Program-made: the position numbers and the translations under genes
Shown: positions 1-12,662 of the stretch, piece by piece
Layout of the letters: each line of letters opens with the position of its first letter
Position numbering within the stretch: the stretch's first letter is position 1
NCBI RefSeq assembly: GCF_009914755.1
Contig: NC_060936.1
Length of the DNA stretch: 64,000 nt
Strand: one strand, 5' to 3'
Source of the DNA: the human T2T-CHM13v2.0 reference genome, Homo sapiens
Notes under the pieces: generated by a model
Databases searched by the model: none
Told to the model about the DNA's origin: nothing
The model's input: only the letters and a program-made list of their open reading frames with translations

Positions 1-688
1 AATAACTCATATGTCTATAAAGATAAATGTACCTGTAGAAAATACATCCCTCAAAACACACATTTAATTACAACTTCTTAAACGAGCACCCTCTTCCTTT
101 TTCTTACAGCTCTTTATCCCTAGAGTTTAAAGAATCAAAACACACATAAACATCTCCCTAGAGCAAACATAGGGAGTTTCCTCATGACTGGAAGCCCACA
201 TTAAAGCCACGCCTAAGGGAAGAAGGGAAGGCAGGGCTGATAATATTTTGTTTATTTTAGTCCTTCTGCTTAGTTTTTGTTTGCAGGCACTGGACTGAAC
301 TTAGTTTTCAGAGCCAGAAATTATCATTGTTTGTGTATCTAAATTTGTTAATACTCTGCTTTTAGAAATTTTTATGTACAATGGATTCCAAGAGTATTTT
401 GGGAACTTCTCAGTGGTGAAATCTAAACTGTGGTTCAGTGAAGAGCCGACAAACACAAACTGCAAAGAGCAGTTGGCACAGTACACTTTTGGAGGCTATA
501 CGACTCTTCTGCTCTTCTAGCACAAGGCACGGAGTAGGTGCTTGCTACAGTTTTCGGATGAATGAATGAAAAGTACCTTAGTCCCCAGCACTGTCTCCTC
601 AGTTCACCCAAAGATTCCCTGTGATGGCCGTGCCACCATTACAGCAGCAGTTTATTTTCTGTGCAATTTGTAGAAGAAGAACCAGAAA

Positions 689-731
689 CCAAATTGTTAC
701 CCATGCTCCAAATTGTTATCCATGCTCCAAA
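689..731. repeat. 19-bp tandem duplication
   Basis: ccaaattgttacccatgct / ccaaattgttatccatgct followed by ccaaa; 1 mismatch. Confidence 0.9.
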
Positions 732-1246
732 GACTATTCTTGGTTTTATGCCATAGCAAATAAGGTCTTACCATTTCCAAGTAAGGCTAGCCACATGCCA
801 GTCTGTGAAAAGGAGGCATTTGCTTTTGGGTAGTAGTTGACATGCTTTGGGGCATTTATGCTGCCTCCCCAGCTCCCATCTCAGAGAATTCCTGCTATTC
901 ACAGTCGCTGCTGGAAAGGACAGGCTTAAGTGGCCCTATCCCCACTCCATGTCTGCCTTGCCCCACTCCAATGAGACCAGGGGTAGACTCGTGGACCACA
1001 ACAATCAGACTCTCTCTTACGATTCTGAGCCGGGTTACAGAAACTACGGTCAGTGACTATGGACTGCAGCTGAGAGCTCCCAACCAGCGAGGGCTGAGGT
1101 TGGTGCCAGTGCAAGCCAAAGTCAAGGACAACTAAAGCTACTTAAGAGCAAGATTATAAATAGACAAAGCCAAAGTCTATGAACAAAGGAAATCAGACAT
1201 GCTTTTAAAAAGCAAAGAGTATGCAACACTCACAGGGAATTAATAA

Positions 1247-1560
<314 letters not shown>

Positions 1561-3295
1561 ATAATATTTTTTTAAAAGCAAAGAGACTCAAAAGAGAGAG
1601 TCAAAAAACAAAAGAGAGAAAGAAAGAGTGGGAGACTAGAGACCAATCAACTTGAGTTTCAGTCTCTCTCTTTCCCAGCTTTGGTGGCTATGAAGTCTAG
1701 CTGGACTTTGTTTCCTGCTGGTGGATGTGTGCAAAATTGTTGGCTTAATCTTTACAGTTAACTCCTGTTTTTAATTTGAGTTAATTTGAGTGAGATTCGA
1801 TTCCCAGCCACCACTCATCTCTGACCAATGGACTTCCCCGTCCCCTTCTCCCCTGCGAACCAGGTGCTTCAGTTTGGCCCTTCTCGCTCCTATCAAGAAA
1901 GAATGGGATCTGAAAAACTTTCACACTGTCAAATACTGAGTTTGCTGACTTTTCCAGTAACATTTTAGAAGAGCACAGCAGTGAGAAGGCCACATGAGAC
2001 AGTAAGGGATAACAATTCACATACCATTCTGGGCATCAGTTGTAATCTATTTCAGGAGGAGCACCGGAACACCGGCTATTACCTCAGTAGCAGATCACTT
2101 ACTATCCCCTTTTTGAGGGCTACTTACCATCACACATAAAGCTTTTCCTTCCTGCCACACTCCGCACACCACATACTACATAAGCTCTTCTGTCCATTGT
2201 AAATGCCTTGAAAGCGGGGATCGTCTCCACTGTGGTTTTATACTCACTGCTCTCACACTAGCAGTGACAACATCCATTTGAATGAATACATGTTCTACAT
2301 ATAATTTTAATGGATATTCCTTCTCCCTCTCTCAGAATGAATAGTTTGAGAACTTCTGGGCCTAATATTCAGATAAGACCCCCTCAAAAACCTTCCTTTT
2401 CCCTTTTGCCACTCCCTCTGCACTTCCATGTGCCCTTGTACTTCTGTGAGATCTCCTAAAACTGAAGAGCATGAGGAAGACAGGAAATTACTATTAGCTT
2501 TTCCTTAGTCCAGGAAAAAAAGACTGAGAGGTGGCCCAGTCATATTCATAAAGTGTTGGTTAAAGAAGCCACTATTAGCAATTGAAAAGGACTTTCTAGT
2601 TCAGCCCTGCCTCCCATTCCATCTGGGCACCTCCAGCATCAGCCCACAGTTTCTCAGGCTCCAATCCATTCCATGCCAGTCATAAAGCTGACTTTCCAAT
2701 GAAGACACAAGGCAGAGAGCACATTTGCATCAATGCAGGTACAGGTGTATAAACTCAGTGACTCCAAGCGGCTACACTGAGCAATGTTTACATACTTGGA
2801 AAAAGGACCATTCTCACAGATTCTATTTAAGACCAATGTGGAAATATTAATAGAAATTCTTGAATCTAGAACTATTCATAAATACTGTTTTAGAAGAATG
2901 TATTTTCATTCAGAAAGGAACACAGTTTCTGACAGACTGTGATTACCGTTTTATTTCCTTTTTCTATATCATTAAACGCAAGGGTAGTATTCAGAACACT
3001 CAAAAGTCATATATGGAAAGAAAAGAAAATGATGTTTTTGGCATGCTTGGATCTCTATCATATTATGTTCTTGTCTTTTCTGGTACAATTGTAGGATTTA
3101 TTTTCTAAACATTCCAATTTTACAGCATGAGTCATTGCTAATGTAGAAACCAACTGAATCATCCATCCATCCATCAATGAATATTCTTGTCTTCTTTTTC
3201 CTTATATGTGCTTATCTTTATACTAAAAAAGATATTAGGAATTCTTGCATTTAAAGCACTTCTTCTCCCTTTCACTTATTTTGTTTGTTTTACAG

Positions 3296-3417
3296 GTAAT
3301 ACAGTAAAGCTATCATTAACTTTGTTTTGGTTCAGATTTCCATTCAAAATATTGAGTCAGAAACTCAAATCAAGTGTACTCTTAAGTATCTGAAATCTGA
3401 TGTCTTCCATACAGGAG
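3296..3417 (+). other. Candidate non-coding exon (acceptor at 3296 or 3336, donor at 3418)
   Basis: Long polypyrimidine tract plus CAG ending at 3295; second acceptor tttgttttggttcag ending at 3335; donor GAG|GTAAAT at 3418. Motif evidence only. Confidence 0.25.
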
Positions 3418-3564
3418 GTAAATATAAAGTCTAGAAAAAGGAGAATAGAAAAGAAATATTTTCACACTTTCTGGCCTTAAGAAAGACCAAACAGACTGGA
3501 TTGTGGTAATAAGTCTATGTCTTCTTCACTTAGCCTTTAAGAGTTGACTAAAAGTTATTTGATT

Positions 3565-3874
<310 letters not shown>

Positions 3875-4442
3875 TCATCTTGTTTCAAATATGAAGAATC
3901 TAGTTTATTCCATTCTATCTTAAATATATCACCTAGGATACTTGATATTGTAATATAATTACTTGTTAGGCACATCTTTTATTATTATTATCTATACCAG
4001 ATGGTTTCAAGGAGAAGACATATTTACTTGGAACCAACCTATGGTTTGAGGTGGGGCTGGGGAGTGGGCAAGAGCACTGGTCCAGGAGTCAAGAGAACTA
4101 AATGTTAGTCACTGTGATACCACCAGTGAGTGAAGCTGTCACTTACTGGGCTTTCTTGTTCGTTCGTTTCTTTTTCAGTAAAATGAATTTCCTTCAGTGC
4201 CTGAAATCTCTTTCTAAGACTCAATGACTGAGCCTTTTCCTATTGTTTATCTCTTGCCCCAAAACTTGTAACACAAAGTCTCCCCAATTTTTATGCACTT
4301 AACAATCCACTGTTCAGTAGCCATTCTACATTACATGCAATTATCATCATGAGCCCCCTTTCCCATTCTGACTATATGGAGATTATATGGGGAAAACTAT
4401 AATATGGATCACAGGGAAAAAACTGAATTAAAAGGAAGATTT

Positions 4443-4736
<294 letters not shown>

Positions 4737-5324
4737 GGAGGGGGAAGATTTGAATTTATTATGCATTATTTCTAAGAGAGAACTCAGAGAAATCATTTGT
4801 CCTAAACAATAGCTTCTATCTATTGACTCCCAAGTAGTTCCCAAGAAACTAAATTGCTTTTACCAAATTATCCTTTTAATACATCCATGTTATAGACTCA
4901 TCAACTACCTGTTCATTAAAACACATGGCCTACCAAAATTAAATCTTAACATCATTAGCTTTTAAATACTAGAAGTCATTTCAACCCTTAGAAAAGTCTG
5001 GTGAGCATGATTACATGTGGAAACTTTCAGATACAATGTATCCAAAAAAGTAAGTGTATTAAAAATGTAAATATATTTCAGATATCCAAAAATGTAGACA
5101 TATTGTCAGGCTTTGCTACTTTTTTGCAGTTTCACATCATGTCTTTACTTGTAATAATATCAATAATTGCTGCAAAGATAATAAACTACATTCCCATTCG
5201 CCTATCCCTCTACCCCAGTACTGTGTTATACAGTTTTCCCTGCAACATGATGTCAGTCTGCAAAGGGTCTTTGTGACATCAGGAAGAGAGTCTAGATTTC
5301 CTTCCAGGGCAACACATTTTGCTA

Positions 5325-5399
5325 TTAGGTTGAACCATAAAACTGCCATTTTTGGTCAGGAATGATTTACCACTGGTAGTTTCATATGGCACAAGCTAA
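5325..5399. mobile_element. MADE2-like mariner MITE
   Basis: Imperfect terminal inverted repeats ttaggttgaaccata ... tatggcacaagctaa over about 75 bp. Confidence 0.7.
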
Positions 5400-5404
5400 A
5401 GAGC

Positions 5405-5610
5405 CTTCCTTGGGTTTGAGTTACAGTCCTGAGAGTCGCTTGTGTGTCCAATGGGCCAGTTACTTAATTGCTGAGTCTTGGTGTGTGAAATGGTAATAAC
5501 ACCCACTTTATAGGATTGATTATTAACTCAACATTGAGGCTTAGCAATGACGTATAGGAGCACCGTGCCTAGAAACAGTTATTGTTCAAGAAATAGGTAA
5601 TAATACAATA
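5405..5610 (+). mobile_element. MIR
   Basis: Degenerate MIR core (ggccagttacttaa...tgtgaaatggtaataac...). Confidence 0.6.
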
Positions 5611-6453
5611 TAATTATCAGTATAAGTAACGTAGAAGAGTTTCCTCACTTTTCCTTTAGCCATTTTTGCATATATGGTGAAGGTAATGGTTGCTATGGTA
5701 GAGAGAAATGGAAAATATTTGTGAAGCAAGCACAATTTTTAAAACCCCAATAACGTTAAAGGCCTTCCATTCCTGTCTTGTATGCTCTCTTATGTCCAAG
5801 TAAGGGCACAGATAAAGTTTGACACATACTCGGTGGAGTATCTAAATAGAAAATGTACTGAAGCAAACCAAGAACAGAGTTTTAAAAAAAAAATCAAAGC
5901 ACTAAGCAAACATTCTGAACTTTTGGCAGAGGAATTGGACTGTCTGAATCTCCATGACTCTTTGGAGTTATTAATAGTGATGCATTTTGCCATATTTTGA
6001 GCAGATGCATATTTATAGGTCACGCAATATCTGTGTGGGGAGACTTTCAAGGCTTTATGGCCTTTTAAAAATGTCTTATCTTGGAAGAGAACAGGGCAAG
6101 GAGGATGCCATTTTGTCATCTGTGCAGCACCAATCACCCTGTGCTCATTAAATGTTACGGGAAAGATGCGCACTGCAGCAGGGCCTGGAATGTGGCTCCC
6201 ATCTGCACTGCCAGAAGCCATGATGAAGTCAAGAGTTGCACAACAGTAGTAATTCGCAGCTATTTATGACCATTTTAATAGCAAAGGTCTAGATTAGAAG
6301 GCTGTGTTTACATGCCATGTAGCAGAATAGTTCACGAATCATTCCCACAGTAACGTTTGGTCAAACCAATCAACCAAGTAATGAAAAATGTTCTTGAGGT
6401 TGTGACTAATAGATCTCTAAGTTAGCCTCTACTTTCCTCATGCTCTTCCATAC

Positions 6454-6604
6454 CTGAGACAGAATTGACTCCTGCCCCATGCCCACAGACTCTCCTCCTC
6501 TGTCTTCCCGGCAAGCCACAGCCCTGTTACCCTTTCTCCACCCAAGCTCAAAGCCGTAAGACATCAGGTAAGTTAAAGGAGCTTTGGAAACTCCTGTAGA
6601 GCAC
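6454..6604 (-). other. Candidate minus-strand exon (open reading frame, phase-0 donor)
   Basis: Donor CAG|GTATGG at 6453; candidate acceptors at 6604 and 6593; in-frame ATG at 6564 gives MSYGFELGW...ESILSQ. Motif evidence only. Confidence 0.25.
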
Positions 6605-7039
6605 CTGTGCACATAATTAAGGAAACATAATTTTTAGCACGTTTATTTTCTCATTGTCATTGCTCCATTATGTGACTTTAATTAGTGACCCCGATGGCCC
6701 CTGTGCATCCAGATGAGTAAAATCCTTTCATTTGTCTGCTTAAACTGACTTGAGGTTTTAGTGATTATCACATCCATGCAGCCTGAAGGTCAGACTATTT
6801 CCTTTTGTTTCACTAGACAGTTAATCCCCTCATTAGGGGTGATGGAAAATGAATAATTAAACATGCCATTTTCACATTTCAGGTAATGAGAGGCCCTAAG
6901 ATCCCAGAGGATGCCATAAGAGGAAAAGTCAGGGGAGTGTTGAAGACTGCCTCCTACAAATATGTGAGTTTTTCTCCCCTGGCTTCATGGTAGAAAAGGT
7001 TTGGCGAAGGCTCTTCCTCTAAATTGAAACAAAACAAAA

Positions 7040-7270
7040 TGAAAACCTTAGTTATTGGGCTGTACTCTGACACTTAGTAGCTGTGTGACTTGGGGCAAAG
7101 CAGCTAACCTTTTGACACTAAAAGTTTTCTCAATTATATAACTGGAATGATAATGGTAACCATTGCATTGAAATGTTATGAGCATTAAAAACATGAATGA
7201 GTGACAATACTTACAACAGTGTCTACCACATGGTAAGAGCTCTGTAATGTGTTAATTATATTATCATTTT
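7040..7270 (+). mobile_element. MIR
   Basis: cacttagtagctgtgtgacttggggcaaag...ggaatgataatggtaacc...tgttaattatattatcatt. Confidence 0.75.
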
Positions 7271-10200
7271 CATTATCACCCAGGCAAGTCACTTGAATGC
7301 TGTGGGTATCAGGCCACAGCCAAACAACCACTTGCAGGTTATCACAAAGTTCCCTTTGGCCTATTGGAATAAGGATTAAGAGTAAATTATGTTGTACCCT
7401 GGAGGGAAAAAACCCAAGTAGTCATACCTCTAGGGCCTTAGGGAATTCAACTTTCACCAAACCTCTTCTAATTACTCTAAAAAGATTTTTTGGAGGGTGG
7501 AGGTGGTAGAAGGTAGAAAGCCACAATAGTCGGGACCCAGATGACCACACTTGGTGAGTGAAGGTGAAGCCACCCACAGCAGCCTCCACTGGTGCAATCT
7601 GAATTCCTGCCTCCAATCCCAGGCCCCACAGCTTCTGCCCCTTCCTCATGTTCTCTAACTCCCAGGAAGCCGGCTCGCCCCGGGCTTCCCCAGCCCTGTA
7701 CCGTGGAGACTGGGCAGGGACCTCCTTTTGTACTCTGACTTGTGTCTCATCTGACCATATTTTAGGCAGACCTTACGCTCATGCCGACTAAAAATGGACT
7801 CACTCTGCTAAGGAAATCCAAGCCCCATTGGGAAATATCTCTGAGTCTAATTTGGTCATTTCTTTTGCCGCTTCAGGCTGTGGACCTTACAAAGCAGAGA
7901 CAGCACCCTTCAAGATGCAGAGTTCAGGGAAAGCTCCTATACAGAGGGGAGTGGGAGTCTCCGCTGAGTTTGGAAAGATGACTGGGGTTTGATTGACAGA
8001 GTGAACGCGGTGGGGGGCGGCGGGGGAGATGTTTCAAGTGAAGAGGGTCTGGAATGTGCCTAGAACAGGGAATCTTCTGACAGGCTGAAACAGGCTGTGT
8101 AAGGGAGTGCAGGTGGCTAAAGCTGCTCAGAGAGACACAGACCAGTGCGGAAAGAAAGTTCTGAGGGTTCATGAAGATATTGGACTTTATTCTGCATAAA
8201 TACAGATGGTGAAGGGTGGAAGCAGTGTTTCAGAAAAGAAAAAGTGTGTAGTGCTGTGCATGCAGCATTGGTAGAAATGGGCTTGATGGGAGGAAAATTA
8301 CTTAGCGGACTAGGGCCTGAGGTCATGGGGACCTATGAAAAGGAAAATAAAATGCATGAGGGTGGCTATATGATTATGTGCAGAGGGGGTGGAAACTGTT
8401 GCTCAAAACTGAATCTTAAAATTTGTTTTGTCATTGCTTTACCCAAAATAGTCGATCCTAGTTGGATTTTTTTGGAGAAAATATTTTGTCCCTTTTAAAA
8501 AGGTTCTAGTAAGAAGCAGCTTTAATGCTGTTTGTGGAAGGAAAAAGTTACGAGGAGAAAGAGTGAATACAGTGCATGATTAAAGGAGTGATGGAAAGTG
8601 ACAATGGCTTTCAAAAGAGCACAGGCGAATTGACACGTATTATGACAAACACGATCTTACAGTGACTTCATTTTCTTGTGAGTGTTGGGAAATACTTTCT
8701 AGATATTCTAATAATGATGCCGTTAGCATTGTACAATTTTTAATTAAAAAGCTTATAACACAAATAGAAACTTAAATCTGGAGGAGAACTTCAATATCCT
8801 TTCATCATTTTACAGAGGAGCTAACAAGACTAGAGAGTAAACACCTCACCCACAGTCACCCAGCAGGTGTGTGACAGGTCCATTGCCAGAAGGTAAATGC
8901 TTTGCTCCTGGCCCGGTGCCCTTTCTGCTTGGCCACAAGAGTCCACAAAGACCATTTTATTTATTTATTTTTCAAAATACACATTTTTATCAAAAAAGGA
9001 CCATTTTTATAGCTGAAGTAAAAGACTTGGTGTTTTCCATTTTCTCTTTTTAAAGTCAAGAGCTGTTTTCTCAGATAAATTATTCACATTTCCCTTTACT
9101 GCATTATTTTTCTTGTTTGTAGAATTAAATAATTAACCTTGAGGTAATCTTTGTGTTGAAGACACCTTAGCCTAGGGGTGCGAGTTGCGTAATGGGAAGA
9201 AAAGTGGGTGCCTATGAGAAAGTATAGACTTCTAGGAGTTCCCCAGCTCCCTCGGAACAGCCCTCTGACCTGGTGCTCAGGATAAGGTGAAGTCATGGAA
9301 AAGCATCAGCAAACGCGCCTCTCAACCTGCCTTGCCCATGATGTCTGTCATCCCAGGCCCCAGACTGTAGGCGTCGAGCCTCCTCATAGGGTCCCTGGGC
9401 GCCCATCTCCTTTATGGGGCCCCTCCCCACAAGGGACCCATCAGCCTCACTTCTCTGTTTTCCCTCCTCCCCGCTTCTCTATCTTTTCTGTAAAATGTTT
9501 AAAAGAAAAAATAAATCTCTCCTGTTAGAGCATGTTCTTTTTCTTTTTCCTCCAGCTTTTTTTTTCTTTGTCAGTCTCTGCCTCTCATCCAGGTGAAATT
9601 GCTTTCCTCCACCTCTGGCAAACATACATTAGGGCCTTGCTTCCTCTGCTTCCGGGGCCCGCAGCCTTCCCTTTGTGGCACCTTTTCCCCAAGTCCTGTT
9701 CCTTTCTGCCTCCTAGGAACCCACTCTGGACAGGGGATGCCCCAATAATGGCAGAGGGCTCCTGCAGATCGTCCCCTACCCCCATCTCAGTTACCCGGCC
9801 AGGGCTCAAGCATAGGAAGTCCTGAAGTTCTGATTTTCTTGGTTAATCTCCTTGAAGCAATTCTTCATGATACCAAGTGCCCTGATTCTTTGTTCAGAGT
9901 TAGGGGTGGGCGAGTGTCAACCTTGATATTCTTCATTGTTGATTCATGTTCATGAAAGATTCTCCTAAAGTTTGATTGGTGAATGCCGGGGCCAAACACC
10001 GTAAGCCTAGGTGCACTGTGCCACATCCATATCAAGAGGCTGGGAATCTTGGTGGGGTCAAAGTCTCTCCTGTATCCATGAACCATTGTATTGCCTCTCC
10101 CGGCATGTCTGTGAGAGAAGGGACAGCATAAACTCTGCCATAGGAGGAGGAAGGCTTCTCTCTTGTTCTCCATGGGACACAGGGAGGGAGCTGATAGATG

Positions 10201-10669
10201 GCAGGCCGAAGGGCCCAAATTTAAGAGAGTAAAGTGGGGTGAACATGTTGAGATTGTGACCATTTTCCCAGAAGAAGCAGAAAGTATAATGCATCGAAGT
10301 TAGAGCACTAGAAGGGCCTTGGTATGGCCCCCGACACCAACTTGGGCAGAGAGGCCAGACTCCAGCAGGCAGCAGCAGTGGCAGTGGAGGTGGCACAGGC
10401 ACCAACAGGCAGACGGGGCTGGCAGTGACCCTGGCAGGGAAGGATGCAGTGCCTCAGGGATGAGAGAATGCCAGCTGGGGACTCAGGCTCAGGTGCAGGT
10501 GTCACTAGACCTGGGCTAGCCTCCCACCCACTAGCCAGTTCCACAACAGATACAATGTCCCCCTAAGGAGGAAAGTGGTAGAAAAGTAAATATGTCTTAA
10601 TTCCCAAAACTTCTCTTTTACATCAGGTAAGACTCCTAAACCAGAAAAATGAGGATCTTTATTGCTAAT

Positions 10670-10840
10670 TACATGCTGGGTGTCCTTAGGAGAGACATTT
10701 AAATTTTCTGGACCTCAGTTTTCTCATATATAAAATAAGGATGTAAATAATTATTATTTTGTAGGATTGTTGGAGTACAAAATGACAGTATGAGCAAGTG
10801 AAATGGTATGCCTAGTACCAGTGAGAGCCCTCAGTAAACA
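10670..10840 (+). mobile_element. MIR
   Basis: MIR core ggacctcagttttctcatatataaaataagg. Confidence 0.65.
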
Positions 10841-11550
10841 GTAGGCAGCAACCAAGCTGGTGGGAAGCCTCCTATCCAGGAGGATGCAAATTGTTGACTT
10901 GCAAGATGATGAGGATTTCCAGATAGACACAGGTGAGTAAGCATTGCTTTTTCCAGTTGGATAACCCTGAGATCTGCTGCTAGAGTGGACTTAGGATGTG
11001 AGCAGGAGGCAAAACACAGGGAAAGTAGCCCGAGTGCTGATGAGCTTCTCAGGTGCTGATTTAGAAGCTGCCCATGCTCACCACACACAAGGACCTAAAC
11101 ATACTGGCTCAGCTATCTAAATGGCAATGACAGTTGATGACAGCTGTTTCCCAATGACTTCCTCTCCCAGAATCTTCTGCACCCTACACGTTCCTGTTGT
11201 TCAGATTCTGTCTGGAAGCAAAACAGTTCCCAAATGTACATCAGATTGTGTTTTTCCCCACATCTTCGCCAGGCTTGTATGATCATCTTTGTACTTTTCC
11301 TAATCTTTTCGATTAAATTGCAATTTAATTTTTATTTTTCTGACCACTGGTGAGACCTACCATCTTTTCACATATTTATTGGCCCTTTGCATTTTCTCTT
11401 AGGTTTTCATTACTTGAGTTTTACAACAGAATGGCATCATCTTTAGAATCAGTCCAAGGCCAGCTTTCATTACAACCACTCTTATTATTTCATTTTGTTT
11501 TCTTCTCTTCTTTAAACTTCATGCCTCTGATTAATCTGTTTAATTTTAAT

Positions 11551-11665
11551 GGCTAGGCATGGCAGCTCACACCTGTACTTCTAGCAGTTTGGGAAGCCAA
11601 GGCAAGATTACTTGAGAGCAGTCTGGGCAATATAGTGAGACCCTGTCTCTACAAAAAATAATAGT
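11551..11665 (+). mobile_element. FLAM/AluJ left monomer
   Basis: Single Alu arm ending gagaccctgtctctacaaaaaataata. Confidence 0.85.
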
Positions 11666-12078
11666 AATAATTTTACAAGTATGTAATACTTCGGGGCACA
11701 CACCGACTTTTGTTTGTCTTCCTTTGGCAGAGTCCTCACCACAGATGGAATTCTTTCATCTTTTGGATTAATCATGATTCAGGTCTTGAAATGAAAACTA
11801 AAATAAACTTTCCAGTTGGCCTTTAATCTCAATTTGGAATTATTCTAGGTTGAATGAAAATCACCTACTTGATAGTACTCTACTTATGTTTTTGCACTTT
11901 CCAAAGAACAGAATTGGAGGCAGAATACTGTAGAAGAAATTTTCAAGAAGATTCAAGTACTAGATTTAGGATGTAGAAGTCCCTGCTTGCATACTGCTGC
12001 CAGTCTTCTTGCAACTTTCAGCAAACCACTTTCCTTCCTCTCTCTGTAAATGGAGGCAGGTGGCAAGTTGAGCTATAT

Positions 12079-12662
12079 CAGTGATTCTCAACCCTGGCTA
12101 CACATTACAAGTACTTGAAAAACTTTTTTTTTTTTTTAGTTTTAATTGGTTTATTATTGTCTTTAAAAGTCTTCACAGGCAAAGCCATCCCTCTTTGTCT
12201 GTATCTTACACCTGCCTGGTGGTTTTAGTTGAGGATTCTGGGAAAAAGAGACTTAGAGTGATGATGAGGAGATTTGACATTTTAGGAAGAAAATGGCAAG
12301 TTTCTGGAATTTCAGAAATTTTCAAAATTCAAAAAATGTAATGGTTGTTTCTGGCTCTTTGTTTTATTCCATCTCTATAAAATTCCATATGTGGAAATAA
12401 TGTGTTCCCTCATATTTATCTCTATTCAGTCATGCATTTATAACATATTCATTGAAAACTAGTTATGTGCCAGGCCTGTGCAAGGAGAGAAGGGGGTGCA
12501 ATAGAATTACCTGAAAAACTTTTTTAAAAGGCTATTAAAACTTTTAAATACTGCATCCTAAGGTCAGTTAAATAAGAATCTCTGGGAGTAGGATCTATGC
12601 ATCAGCACTTTTAAAAAGTGCCTCGGGTGATTTTCACATGGAACCAAGAATGGGAATCACTG
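12079..12662. mobile_element. MER5-type hAT element split by an insertion (12079-12123 and 12502-12662)
   Basis: Termini cagtgattctcaacc ... gggaatcactg; internal gaatctctgggagtagg motif typical of MER5. Confidence 0.75.
12124..12501 (-). mobile_element. Orphan L1-mediated insertion of non-L1 sequence (polyA + TSD)
   Basis: T14 at 12124-12137; AATAAA on the minus strand at 12155-12150; degenerate TSD tacaagtacttgaaaaact / tagaattacctgaaaaact; TT/AAAA endonuclease site at 12521-12529. Confidence 0.7.

Noticed and set aside
674-780. Possible plus-strand exon (TAG acceptor at 673, GTAAGG donor at 781)
   Set aside because: Splice motifs of this strength occur often by chance and nothing else supports it.
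5790-6221. 143-aa ORF
   Set aside because: No recognisable domain and a composition typical of non-coding DNA.
9865-10405. Motif resemblance to the ADAM prodomain (YSLKFG, HGY, GHLVS) or CABLES (PSLL, LTLNK, IRAL)
   Set aside because: Motif spacing is inconsistent and needs several frame switches; likely chance, so no family was assigned.
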